Part shown: positions 48,283-57,556 of the stretch, piece by piece
Layout of the letters: each line of letters starts with the position of its first letter
Numbering within the stretch: the stretch's first letter is position 1
Source: a virus
Taxonomy: Duplodnaviria > Caudoviricetes
IMG/VR virus record: IMGVR_UViG_3300023283_000173
Coordinates: 16,495-80,494 of that record
DNA length: 64,000 nt
Reading direction: 5' to 3' (one strand)
Position numbers and translations under genes: made by a program
Notes under the pieces: generated by a model
Seen by the model: the letters and a program-made list of their open reading frames with translations, nothing else
Databases searched by the model: none
What the model was told of the DNA's origin: nothing

Positions 48283-49120
48283 CCTCGACGTTCGCCCTCG
48301 TCGGGTGCCCGGAGAGGTTCTTCGGTAGCTTCACCTCGGGAGACTTCTCCACGAGCTTCTCGACGAGCTCGTCGAGGTAGCCCTGTGCAATTGACTGCAG
48401 CACCCCTCCCACGATGTCATCCATGAGCCTCCGGTGTTCTATGCAGAGATCGGCCACCTTGTCGAACGCCCTCATCGTGTCCTTCCGAGCCTCCACCCAT
48501 ACCGACCTGCGTCCTCCGTAGTCGAAGACCATAAACCCGTACGGCACGGTGTCTCCGTATTTGGAGAACAGCTCGTTCAGCACGCGAGACAGCCCGTCGA
48601 TGGTCCTGATCTCCCTGGCGGCCTCCCTGAATTTTTCCCTCATGCCGGGGTCGTCGATCGACTTGGCCGTCTGGTCGATCAGCCTCTTGAACTCCTTCTC
48701 CTCGGCAAAGCCGAACGCCTCCTGCAGGACGTCGTCCGCATACTTGTCAGCCATCTGCTGATACAGATCGAAGAACGCGGCCGGGTCAAATTGACCCCTG
48801 ATCACGTTGTGCCTGACCATCTGGAAACGCTCGGCCTCCTCGTCGAACTCCGGGTCGTCTATCACCGAGCACGGAACCTCCTCATAGTCGAGATACACCG
48901 CGGCGTCGTACCTGTGATGTCCGCCAACGATACGGTAGGTGCCGTCGTCGAGAGGCCTGACCAGGATCGGGTCCGTGAATCCCATGCGCTGGACGTTGTC
49001 GACCAGGAGGTCGAACTGCCTCCCGGTCATCTTGTTCGGGTTGTCGGGATTCGGGACCAACGCCGAGACCGGCAGGTCCTTACGCACCACCATGTCGATC
49101 CTCCTTGATTTGGTGACCAC
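48260..49120 (-). CDS. ParB/Srx N-terminal-domain protein
   Basis: LVPNPDNPN, GFTDPILVR, YRIVGGHHR. Confidence 0.88.
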   Translation of the reverse strand: MVTKSRRIDMVVRKDLPVSALVPNPDNPNKMTGRQFDLLVDNVQRMGFTDPILVRPLDDGTYRIVGGHHRYDAAVYLDYEEVPCSVIDDPEFDEEAERFQMVRHNVIRGQFDPAAFFDLYQQMADKYADDVLQEAFGFAEEKEFKRLIDQTAKSIDDPGMREKFREAAREIRTIDGLSRVLNELFSKYGDTVPYGFMVFDYGGRRSVWVEARKDTMRAFDKVADLCIEHRRLMDDIVGGVLQSIAQGYLDELVEKLVEKSPEVKLPKNLSGHPTRANVEDAETDSE

Positions 49121-49132
49121 TATACCATCTCT

Positions 49133-50641
49133 TCACGTGCGCACCAAGTGCCCCACCTCCAGAGACGCGTCCTCATACCCGTAGTGCATCATCAAGGCTC
49201 GTCGGTATACGTTAAAATCAGACAGGAACGTCATAGTCTCTTTCATCCTGCTCTCTAAAGGTAGGCCCCTCGCCAACGTCTTCAGCTCTCCCGTATCACA
49301 CACGTCCTCTATCCTACTCAGCATCCGTATCTCGTCGGGACCCTCCAACGCACACACTACATCGTTGTTCTTAAGAGAGGCAGGAACACAATCGACCATC
49401 TCCCTCTCGGTCCTGTCGACGAACTCCAATAGCTGGTTGACGAACCACATCGCATTCTTGTCCTCCAAGAGAGGTAAGAACACCTCCTGCTGCCATCGAA
49501 GGAACCTCTCGTACATTTCCGCGTAGTCGTCGATCATGGCCCTCACGACCGCGTACGCCTCCTCGACGCCACTCACGAAAAACGGGTAGTCCTCGCCGAG
49601 CATACCAACCGAATAAGTCGCTCTCTGCACGATCGCCGGCGTACCGCGAACCAGCGGCTCAAGGAGCGACAGCGTGTACCCATCATCACGCGCCATCACG
49701 AGGATCACGTCCACCTCCTCGCGCATGGTCCGCCAGAACTCCTCTCTCGGCAGGCGCATGAACTCGATACCGGAGAGTTCTATTCCCGTCCTCTTAGACA
49801 CCCTCTTCGCCTGTGCCACTGCTGTTTTCGTGTTTGACGTACACACCATTCTGACGTGACCCCTGCCGCCTCGCACAATCCAGTGCCTCTCCATCACGGA
49901 CAGGATGTCCTCGACGCGCCTGTGCACGAGCTCGAACCGCTGCGTGAACCCGACCGTGAACGGCTTCTCCATCCTGTCAGTCCTGGCCACCTGCTCGCCG
50001 GTCTTCGATTCTACACCGGATAATCGCACTGGGACCGCCCCGAGAGACTTGTGATCCAGCGATCTCACCGCCGTAGGGGTCAAGTAGTGTCTGGCGACCT
50101 GCAGAACCTGTTCACGCTCCCACGGGTTTATGAACAGGTTCAGATCGGACGCGGAATAACCTACCAGGTGCTGCAGGTCCTGAACCTCCGAGACAGCCTG
50201 GGCCACACATTCCTTGAAGCTCATCACAGGCATGTCGTCTATCACGACGATCTTCCGGAGTCCCCTATATCCCGATCCTCGTATACCCGTCAGGTTCACC
50301 CTGTAGTGCGGAACCAGCGGGACCCGGCATGTCAGCAGCAGGTCCGTGTCCCAGTACGGTCCGCCGAAGTAGACTATCTTCCTGATCTCGTCCGAAAACC
50401 TGTAGTACTCCTTCATGCGGTCGGTATACATCTCCACATACAGGTACTCGAGTCGGGGGTGACGGTATAGCCAGGTCTCGTCTACGTTCCACCTCCCACA
50501 CCGTCCAGACCTCGGGAGTATAAATCTGATGTACACGTCCTCCCGCCTGTCCAGGATCTCCTTTGCCGCCTCCTGCATCTTGTAGCACATAACGCAGAAC
50601 TGCGGTTCTGCAGTGACGATGGGATCGAAAACCATTTTCAT
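49133..50641 (-). CDS. GT-B glycosyltransferase 3
   Basis: VILVMARDDGYTLSLLEPLVRGTPAIV resembles the GT4 D/E-x7-E donor-binding motif; in sugar operon. Confidence 0.7.
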   Translation of the reverse strand: MKMVFDPIVTAEPQFCVMCYKMQEAAKEILDRREDVYIRFILPRSGRCGRWNVDETWLYRHPRLEYLYVEMYTDRMKEYYRFSDEIRKIVYFGGPYWDTDLLLTCRVPLVPHYRVNLTGIRGSGYRGLRKIVVIDDMPVMSFKECVAQAVSEVQDLQHLVGYSASDLNLFINPWEREQVLQVARHYLTPTAVRSLDHKSLGAVPVRLSGVESKTGEQVARTDRMEKPFTVGFTQRFELVHRRVEDILSVMERHWIVRGGRGHVRMVCTSNTKTAVAQAKRVSKRTGIELSGIEFMRLPREEFWRTMREEVDVILVMARDDGYTLSLLEPLVRGTPAIVQRATYSVGMLGEDYPFFVSGVEEAYAVVRAMIDDYAEMYERFLRWQQEVFLPLLEDKNAMWFVNQLLEFVDRTEREMVDCVPASLKNNDVVCALEGPDEIRMLSRIEDVCDTGELKTLARGLPLESRMKETMTFLSDFNVYRRALMMHYGYEDASLEVGHLVRT

Positions 50642-51705
50642 GAGGCGCCTCTCTCGAACCCCACCATCTGCTCTACTGTCCTGTCTACCGGAGTCCGTGG
50701 CGCCCACCCGTACACGTCGACCAGCGGCCCGTTGTCGGTGACCCACCACGCGTGGTCTCCCATACGCACTCGATCGATGACCTCGTACTCGACACCTCTC
50801 CCGACCGCACTACCCACGAGGTCTATCGCCTCCAGTACCGACAAACTCGTCTCAAGCCCCCCACCGACGTTGTAGACGGACCCCGGCTCCACACCCACCT
50901 CGAGCATGGTGCACACCAGCTCGGCCAGATCAGCCGCGTGGAGGTTGTCGCGCACCTGCCTGCCGCCGTATCCCTCGACGACATAAGGCGTGCAGTTGAC
51001 TGCACTACGCACCAGGTAGGCAAGAAACCCGTGTAGCCTAACCCCAGCGTGGCCTGGTCCCGTCAAGCACCCCGCCCTAAGACAGACGGTGGGCATCCCG
51101 AAGTACCGCCCGTACTCCTGTACGTAGAGGTCTCCCGCCAACTTAGAGACACCGAACAAACTGTGCATCGACCTGTCGACGTCGAGGTCCCCTACTCGGA
51201 ACCCTCTCACAGACCACTCGGACGGCGTCAGTCTCGTATGTCTCACGTCGTAGTCTAGTCGGTTCGGTGCGTCGCCGTATACCTTGTTCGTACTCATGTA
51301 CACGAGGGGTATATCGGTAGAGACCTGTCGTACGGCGTCCAACAGTAATAACGTAGCCCGCGCGTTAACGTCGAAGTCCACCGTCGGTATGCGCACTGCC
51401 TTGTCGTGCGACGGCTGCGCCGCGGCGTGTACGACCCCCGACAAGTTTGGGATCGACGAGACGACCTCTCGTACACATCCCTCGTCGCGCAGGTCGATGT
51501 CGATGTGTACATAGGAGTCCCCTAGCTCTCTCTTCAATCTCCTCACGCTCCGCCTCGTCGACGCGGCCTCTCCGAAGAACTCACCACGCATGTCGCAATC
51601 TATGCCATAGACACGACAGCCGGGAGACCGACGAGTCAGCTCCCTCGCGACGGCCGAACCCACCAACCCTGCGGACCCCGTGATCAGAAACGAAAGGTCA
51701 CGCAT
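50638..51705 (-). CDS. NAD-dependent epimerase/dehydratase (CDP-paratose 2-epimerase-like SDR)
   Basis: ITGSAGLVG, HAAAQPSHD, STNKVYGD, FGVSK, CLRAGCLTGP, QVRDNLH. Confidence 0.9.
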   Translation of the reverse strand: MRDLSFLITGSAGLVGSAVARELTRRSPGCRVYGIDCDMRGEFFGEAASTRRSVRRLKRELGDSYVHIDIDLRDEGCVREVVSSIPNLSGVVHAAAQPSHDKAVRIPTVDFDVNARATLLLLDAVRQVSTDIPLVYMSTNKVYGDAPNRLDYDVRHTRLTPSEWSVRGFRVGDLDVDRSMHSLFGVSKLAGDLYVQEYGRYFGMPTVCLRAGCLTGPGHAGVRLHGFLAYLVRSAVNCTPYVVEGYGGRQVRDNLHAADLAELVCTMLEVGVEPGSVYNVGGGLETSLSVLEAIDLVGSAVGRGVEYEVIDRVRMGDHAWWVTDNGPLVDVYGWAPRTPVDRTVEQMVGFERGAS

Positions 51706-52666
51706 CAGTGAGCTCGGCTCTGAAGAAGTCCACCGTCTTCGACAATCCCTCGGAGAGGCTCACCCTCGGCTCCCAGCCCAGTAGCGTACGAGCCCTCGAT
51801 ATGTCGGGTCGTCTTTGCCTCGGGTCGTCCTGGGGTAGACTACAGTACGCTATACTGACCCCTCCGAACATCTCCGACACGATATTTGCCAGCTCTCCCA
51901 CAGCATACTCGTCGGGATTCCCGAGGTTCACAGGTCCGTATTTCCAGTCAACTTCTAACAGTCTAACGAGGCCGTCCACTAGGTCGTCAACGTAGCAGAG
52001 AGACCGCGTCTGACTGCCGTCGCCGTACACGGTGATAGGGCCTCCAGACAACGCCTGCGTGACGAAGTTAGACACCAGCCTCCCGTCCCGGGAGTGCATC
52101 ATCGGACCGTAGGTGTTGAATATCCTAGGTACACGAACGTCGAGATTGCGGTCACGCATGTAGTCGAAGCACAGCGTCTCAGCCGCGCGCTTCCCCTCAT
52201 CGTAGCAAGCCCGCGGGCCAACGGGATTCACGTTACCGCAGTACTCCTCAGTCTGCGGGTGCACCTCCGGGTCGCCGTACACTTCAGACGTACTCGCCTG
52301 CACGAACCGCGCCCCATAGAAGACAGCTACGTTCAGCAGATTGAACGTTCCCAAGACGGAGGTCCGCAGCGTGTACACGCGGTCCCTCTGATAGTGGATC
52401 GGACTCGCGGGACAGGCGAGGTTCCACACGACGTCTATACCTTCCCTCCGAGCGATCGGGGGTAGGTCCTCGATCAAGGTCCTCTCGTCTTCTTGGACGT
52501 CGCGATAGACGTGTTTGACGCCGTCCCCACAGAACGCACTTACCCTCTCCGTAGGCCAGCCTGTGAGACCGTTATCGACGATCACGACCTCGTCCCCTCG
52601 ACCGAGTAGTCGACGCGTCAGGTGCACCCCTATGAACCCCGCACCTCCGGCTATCAAGTGTCTCAT
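51698..52666 (-). CDS. uxs: UDP-glucuronate decarboxylase (UDP-xylose synthase)
   Basis: AGGAGFIG, NLACPASPIHYQ, STSEVYGDPEVHPQTEEY.GNVNP.GPRACYDEGKRAAET, RIFNTYGP, QTRSLCYVDD. Confidence 0.92.
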   Translation of the reverse strand: MRHLIAGGAGFIGVHLTRRLLGRGDEVVIVDNGLTGWPTERVSAFCGDGVKHVYRDVQEDERTLIEDLPPIARREGIDVVWNLACPASPIHYQRDRVYTLRTSVLGTFNLLNVAVFYGARFVQASTSEVYGDPEVHPQTEEYCGNVNPVGPRACYDEGKRAAETLCFDYMRDRNLDVRVPRIFNTYGPMMHSRDGRLVSNFVTQALSGGPITVYGDGSQTRSLCYVDDLVDGLVRLLEVDWKYGPVNLGNPDEYAVGELANIVSEMFGGVSIAYCSLPQDDPRQRRPDISRARTLLGWEPRVSLSEGLSKTVDFFRAELTDA

Positions 52667-53694
52667 CTCTCCCCTCCTAGTAGGAATCCATTCAGTATAG
52701 CCTCTATCTCGTCGACATAGCGACCCATGCCGTAGCGCCCCCTCACGTAAGGTGCCGCCTCCTCGTAGTTCTGGCGAACCCAGATCATCGTGTCTAATAG
52801 CCGATCTCTAGGTACCGTGAACCTGTAACCGGGTAGTAGTCGCCGCACCCAGTCCCGGTCCTTGAAGATACCCACCACCCCGCTGAGTAAGAGCTCCAAG
52901 TAAAACAACCCAAACGACTCGAACGCAGATGTAGATAGAAACATCCCGTACCCCCGTAACGCGGCGGCGTATTCGTCTCGATCCATGAACACAGGTAGGA
53001 CTTGGTATACCGACTCGTCGAGTCCGCTCCGCCCGAACATACTCTGCGACTGCCGCGTCATGTAGAAGTCAGTCCTCGCCACGAGACCTCGAGACGCGGC
53101 CCAGGCGTGATAGCGCGTCGTCAGGTCGTGGTGCTCCCGAACCCTCTTCTGGGGCTCACGGAACTGTGTATACGGCACAACCAGACGGTCGGGGTCGTTG
53201 TCTCCAGGAAAGAACTTGTCCTCCATGCCGTACTCCAACACGGAGGCACGCTGCTTGAACCTGCCGAACGTCTCCGCATTCAGGTACTCACCAGCCAGGG
53301 CGAGGACGTCTCCCAGCGACTTCTCAGTTGGAGAGACGTGCCTTACGGGGACGTCTCCATAGACGTCGCCGAAGAAGATCGACAAGTACCGGAGCCCGTT
53401 CGGCGCGTCCATGCCCTCCCAGTTGTCGATGGCGACGGACAGAAGTCCTGCAGGACGATATCGGGACTGATGAACCATCAGGTTTGCCACCCGCCGCTCC
53501 ATGAAAGTCACGACCGGCTTCCCGTCGTCCTCGACATAATAGTCTTCCTTCGTGCTCTGCTTCATCGGACGCATCGTCACACTCCACCCGCGCCGCTCGA
53601 GCTCGACACGCAGAACACGCGCCAGGACGGCGGAACTTAGCTCCTCCATGCCGTAGTACACCAGGACGACCTCTCTTGCCTGCCCAGACATCAT
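52663..53694 (-). CDS. GT-B glycosyltransferase 2
   Basis: FLSTSAFESFGLFYLELLLSG (GT4 E-x7-E). Confidence 0.82.
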   Translation of the reverse strand: MMSGQAREVVLVYYGMEELSSAVLARVLRVELERRGWSVTMRPMKQSTKEDYYVEDDGKPVVTFMERRVANLMVHQSRYRPAGLLSVAIDNWEGMDAPNGLRYLSIFFGDVYGDVPVRHVSPTEKSLGDVLALAGEYLNAETFGRFKQRASVLEYGMEDKFFPGDNDPDRLVVPYTQFREPQKRVREHHDLTTRYHAWAASRGLVARTDFYMTRQSQSMFGRSGLDESVYQVLPVFMDRDEYAAALRGYGMFLSTSAFESFGLFYLELLLSGVVGIFKDRDWVRRLLPGYRFTVPRDRLLDTMIWVRQNYEEAAPYVRGRYGMGRYVDEIEAILNGFLLGGER

Positions 53695-54731
53695 CGCCGC
53701 ACGAAGTCATCTAATATGCTCTCAACACGGTCGACGTACGTACTCATGGCGTACCGTTCGCGCAGCATCGGGGCGACCTCCTCGAGAACGTATCTCCGCG
53801 CCTCCTCGTAGTTCTGGCGAACCCAGATCATCGTGTCTAATAATTCGCTCGTCGGGACGACGAACCTGTAGCCAGGGACCAGGCCGCTCGGCCAGCCGGT
53901 ATCCTGAAATATCCCGACGACGCCACTCAGCAGAAGTTCGACGTAGTACATCCCGAACGACTCATAGGCCGACGTACACAGGAACATCCCGTATTGCCGA
54001 AGCCCGGTGGCCAGCTCTTGCCTGTCCGAGTAGCTCGGCTTGACCGTGTATACCGACTGGTCGATCGAACGCTTCTTGAGCTTCTTGGCAGCACCCTTGG
54101 TCGTCAGGAAGTCGGTCGACACATCGAGGCCTTGTTGTGCCGCCCAAGCGTGATACTTCGACGTGACCTCGTTGTGTCTCTTGATGTTCTTCTGCGTGTT
54201 GTCAGGCCAACTGTACGGCACAACCAGACGGTCGGGGTCGTTGTCTCCAGGAAAGAACTTGTCCTCCATGCCGTAGCCACATACACCTACCTGCGTCTGC
54301 ATCGCCCGTATACAAGACGGTGCCAAATATCTCTTGGCGACGTGCATCATCCCGCGAAGCGCGTAGTCAGTAGGCGACAGATGTTGGACAGGAATCGTCC
54401 CGAACTTCGGCTTGACGAAGCAGGCGAGATATTGCAGAGCGTCCGGTAGGGGGATGTCCTCCCAGTTATCGATCTGTATGGATAAGACCCCCTTGGGTCG
54501 GTACACCTGCTGGTGTACGAGGAGCGACGACACCCCTCTCTCCATAAAGATCACAACCGGTAGCTGGTTGTCCTCGACGTAGAACTTCTTCTCCGTCGAG
54601 GTCATGTACCTGTGGACGACCTCCCACCCACGAGCCTCAAGCTCCTCCTTCAGTCTGCTCGATAGGGAAGTAGGGCTGATACGTTCCGTCTTGTAGTAGT
54701 ATATAACGACTCTCTTACCATCTTCCGGCAT
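53691..54731 (-). CDS. GT-B glycosyltransferase 1 (paralogue of GT2)
   Basis: FLCTSAYESFGMYYVELLLSG. Confidence 0.82.
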   Translation of the reverse strand: MPEDGKRVVIYYYKTERISPTSLSSRLKEELEARGWEVVHRYMTSTEKKFYVEDNQLPVVIFMERGVSSLLVHQQVYRPKGVLSIQIDNWEDIPLPDALQYLACFVKPKFGTIPVQHLSPTDYALRGMMHVAKRYLAPSCIRAMQTQVGVCGYGMEDKFFPGDNDPDRLVVPYSWPDNTQKNIKRHNEVTSKYHAWAAQQGLDVSTDFLTTKGAAKKLKKRSIDQSVYTVKPSYSDRQELATGLRQYGMFLCTSAYESFGMYYVELLLSGVVGIFQDTGWPSGLVPGYRFVVPTSELLDTMIWVRQNYEEARRYVLEEVAPMLRERYAMSTYVDRVESILDDFVRR

Positions 54732-55830
54732 ACCCCATGATCCTCACCCGTGCTTCGTGTAGGTCAGGCAGCGCCTCCTTGACCAATGCCGTGACCTCGT
54801 CGAACGCCTCTGGTGGACAACCCGCACCCTTACATGTCATCGTCCGCATGGCCTCATCGTCGATGACGTCCCAATACGGATACACGAGTCGATTCCGACA
54901 GCGCGTCGCCTCGACCACGAAGACCGCGGTCCCGGCGACCTCAAACACCTTATCGTGCGGCATCAACTCGCTCAACCTTTTCTTCAGGTCAGCACGCATC
55001 TTCAGCCAGTATCCTATCGCGCGCTTCCCCTCTCCGCAGTGTCTGTCCAGTCCCTCGCTAGGGTACACCCCGATCTTCGGAGCCTGCCAGAACTCATCGT
55101 CTCTGAACTCGCCATCGCCAGCCAAAAACAGGTCGTTCACGAGAGGTAGGAATGCGGGCATTTGCGACCACTGAACCTTCAGACCCCAGTCGATCGTCTC
55201 CAACATCTGCTCCGGACAACCCCTCTTGGCGTAGGCCTCAAGCAGCCTCGTCTTTCCGTTTGAGGGAGATACCTTCGGACGCGACCTGCCGGTAGCCAGC
55301 AACCAGGCCGACATGAGCGCCTCGTCCATGTCGTCCGTCCTGGCGAGGAGCCGTACGAGAGAATCAGCGGACACCGAGTATAGCTTGCTGCGGAGGTCAT
55401 TCCGGCTGACTGAGTGCTCCGCAAGAGTCCCCATCTCGCAGGAGTTCCGGTCCTTCGGAGACCGACACATCTGCTCGACCAGGTAACACAGAGTCTTCGT
55501 CGCGTCCCCGTTCCCCCACATCCGTCGTCGATTCATAGAAGCCCAGAAGTACTGGCGACACAGTTCCAGATTCCCTACGCCTATGTCCTCGACGACGACC
55601 ACACCAAGACGCCTCCACGCGTAGTTAGGGTCGAACGTACACAGTCCCTCGACGAGATCGAGCGCTGTATCCACGTCGCCTCGTCGAATAGCCTTCTGCA
55701 TAGAAGAAGACACCAACCATTTCTTACCTCCGTCTCGCAAGACTGTTCTACGCGGCTTATAATCATATAACTCGACCGCGGACTGTAACTTTTCTGCTAC
55801 GTCCTCCCCTATAATCCCTGTCATCTGCAT
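54715..55830 (-). CDS. RarA/MgsA C-terminal-domain-like protein lacking the ATPase
   Basis: SSMQKAIRRGD...AL...P..AWRRL.V...EDIG matches the MgsA helical domain pattern; no Walker A. Confidence 0.6.
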   Translation of the reverse strand: MQMTGIIGEDVAEKLQSAVELYDYKPRRTVLRDGGKKWLVSSSMQKAIRRGDVDTALDLVEGLCTFDPNYAWRRLGVVVVEDIGVGNLELCRQYFWASMNRRRMWGNGDATKTLCYLVEQMCRSPKDRNSCEMGTLAEHSVSRNDLRSKLYSVSADSLVRLLARTDDMDEALMSAWLLATGRSRPKVSPSNGKTRLLEAYAKRGCPEQMLETIDWGLKVQWSQMPAFLPLVNDLFLAGDGEFRDDEFWQAPKIGVYPSEGLDRHCGEGKRAIGYWLKMRADLKKRLSELMPHDKVFEVAGTAVFVVEATRCRNRLVYPYWDVIDDEAMRTMTCKGAGCPPEAFDEVTALVKEALPDLHEARVRIMGYAGRW

Positions 55831-55856
55831 TTACATGCCTCCTTGCGTTATACTTC

Positions 55857-55885
55857 ATTATACTTATTAACCCACAACAGTACAA
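55857..55885 (-). promoter_or_regulatory. Sigma70 promoter at the head of the glycosylation-terminase gene run
   Basis: TTGTAC-17-TATAAT then AAGGAGG RBS. Confidence 0.8.
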
Positions 55886-55888
55886 TAG

Positions 55889-56428
55889 TTATAAATGCCT
55901 CTCTGGGCTACTGACGCCCCTCCGGCTGAAGTAGCGCAGGCGGTACTTATCCTCTATGGACCTCGACCCGAGCAGTCTGTTGCACTCCTCGTGGCACAGC
56001 GTGACGTTCCTCAGTCTATTGTCACCCCCGTTGGCCATGGGGTCGAGGTGCTCGAACGTCACGTCGGCCCCGGTCATCCTACTCCCGCACAGCCAGCAGC
56101 GACCTCCGTCACGCATGTACAGGAACGTACGCAGACGACCCCTCCTTCTGCCACTCTTGGGCATGCACCCACCGACGAAGAAGTACGACTCGACGTCGCT
56201 CGCGTCTATCGTCTTACAGTACCAGTCGTAGGTCCGTATCACCCTGGCCGGCCACTTGGTCAGACCGTGTTTGTCGAAGTACACCACGAACACGCCCCCC
56301 TTGCCCCTGACCCTGAGGGCCTCCCACTCGCTCGTGGGGTCCATCACGACAGCTCCGTGACCCCTCGCCCACCTCTCGAACCCGAGCATGTCCACCGAAC
56401 CGAGGTAGGGTCCACTCTCGTATCTCAT
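55889..56428 (-). CDS. HNH endonuclease
   Basis: CWLCG, TFEHLDP..NGG.N..RNV.LCH..CN. Confidence 0.88.
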   Translation of the reverse strand: MRYESGPYLGSVDMLGFERWARGHGAVVMDPTSEWEALRVRGKGGVFVVYFDKHGLTKWPARVIRTYDWYCKTIDASDVESYFFVGGCMPKSGRRRGRLRTFLYMRDGGRCWLCGSRMTGADVTFEHLDPMANGGDNRLRNVTLCHEECNRLLGSRSIEDKYRLRYFSRRGVSSPERHL

Positions 56429-56757
56429 CCTAGTGCTCCGTGCCTGACCTCCACCTCGTACCCCCTGGTGCGGAGCTCATGCGCGAGCAACTCCACGACA
56501 GCCACGCTGCGGTGGACGCCGCCGTAGCACCCGAGGGCGACGAACTCTCCGTCATCTACGCGGTCGACCAGGTCGGCGACCATCTGCGCCCCGCCGGAGT
56601 TCGCGACGAACTCCTGCACCCTCGGGTCTCTCCCGTCGAGGTCTCTCATGCCGGATACGAAGTGCGGGTTGGGCAGGTGACGGCAGTCGACAACGCGCCT
56701 GATCACGGCAGCCTGCGGCGCACCGTCGCGGTACGCGAACGACAACAGCCTGATCAT
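56425..56757 (-). CDS. RapZ C-terminal-domain-like protein
   Basis: LLSFAYRDG.P, VDCRHLPNPHF...R.L.GRD..V, ALGCYGGVHRSVAV. Confidence 0.82.
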   Translation of the reverse strand: MIRLLSFAYRDGAPQAAVIRRVVDCRHLPNPHFVSGMRDLDGRDPRVQEFVANSGGAQMVADLVDRVDDGEFVALGCYGGVHRSVAVVELLAHELRTRGYEVEVRHGALG

Positions 56758-57224
56758 CGCTGGGCCTCCATCTCTCGTACCGTCTCAACGAGTCTCACGT
56801 AGTCGACGAGACCGACGACAGGATCCAAGGTGTCCTCCTCGTCGCCGGGCTGACCATACTGCAGCACATTAGTCAGCAGATCTAACCGGTACAGCCACTC
56901 GATGTCTCCGTGCTGCCCCGTGGTCGGTTCGACCGACCCTATCTTCCAGCTCAAAGCCGTACTGCACTCTGCCTTCCTCCGGTAGTAGTCGAGCAGAGTG
57001 ACCTGCGGGAGCCCAAACATCCAGGCGTGGTCCTGCATCCCGAGCAGGACCATCCAGCCACCGGCCTGGACCGTGTTACGCCGTATCTGTCCCTCCTCGA
57101 CCATCTTCATGAACCTGAGGATGAGGGGGAGCGTCCCCTCCGGGTAGCCGTCACTGTGCTTGTAGAACCACATCTTCCCTCTGTAAGACTGGTCGTACAG
57201 TACTATGTTCGCCCTGGTGCTCAC
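56754..57224 (-). CDS. Hypothetical phage protein
   Basis: STRANI...YKHSDGYPEG; GTGA overlap. Confidence 0.7.
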   Translation of the reverse strand: MSTRANIVLYDQSYRGKMWFYKHSDGYPEGTLPLILRFMKMVEEGQIRRNTVQAGGWMVLLGMQDHAWMFGLPQVTLLDYYRRKAECSTALSWKIGSVEPTTGQHGDIEWLYRLDLLTNVLQYGQPGDEEDTLDPVVGLVDYVRLVETVREMEAQR

Positions 57225-57556
57225 GTCTCGCTCTCCCCTGGAAACAGTTTCTCGAAGTCGGCGGGCCTCACGTAGCAACGGCCACTCCGTATGATCTGCG
57301 AGGCCAGAGGCTCGTTCAGGGCCTCCGCCACGAAGTATGGAGCCACCACCCGGTAGCGACCCGTCGGGGCCATGCCCCGGTCGAACGACGGCCTACACAG
57401 CACCTCCGGCAGGTCCATCTCGAAAAACACGACGCCCTGACTGAACTGACCCTCGCAGGTCGCGCAGGGTCGGTAATCGTAGACCCTGTATGCGAGACCG
57501 TCATCGTCGCCCTTAGGACTACCACACCAGAAGCAGGCCTCCACCACGTCACTCAT
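57221..57556 (-). CDS. Small zinc-binding hypothetical protein
   Basis: CFWCG and CATC. Confidence 0.65.
   Translation of the reverse strand: MSDVVEACFWCGSPKGDDDGLAYRVYDYRPCATCEGQFSQGVVFFEMDLPEVLCRPSFDRGMAPTGRYRVVAPYFVAEALNEPLASQIIRSGRCYVRPADFEKLFPGESET

Noticed and set aside
20225-48399. One-mismatch variants of the 14-mer at 20225-20238 (same orientation) and 48386-48399 (opposite orientation)
   Set aside because: Imperfect and mid-gene; they may be weak sites but were not counted.
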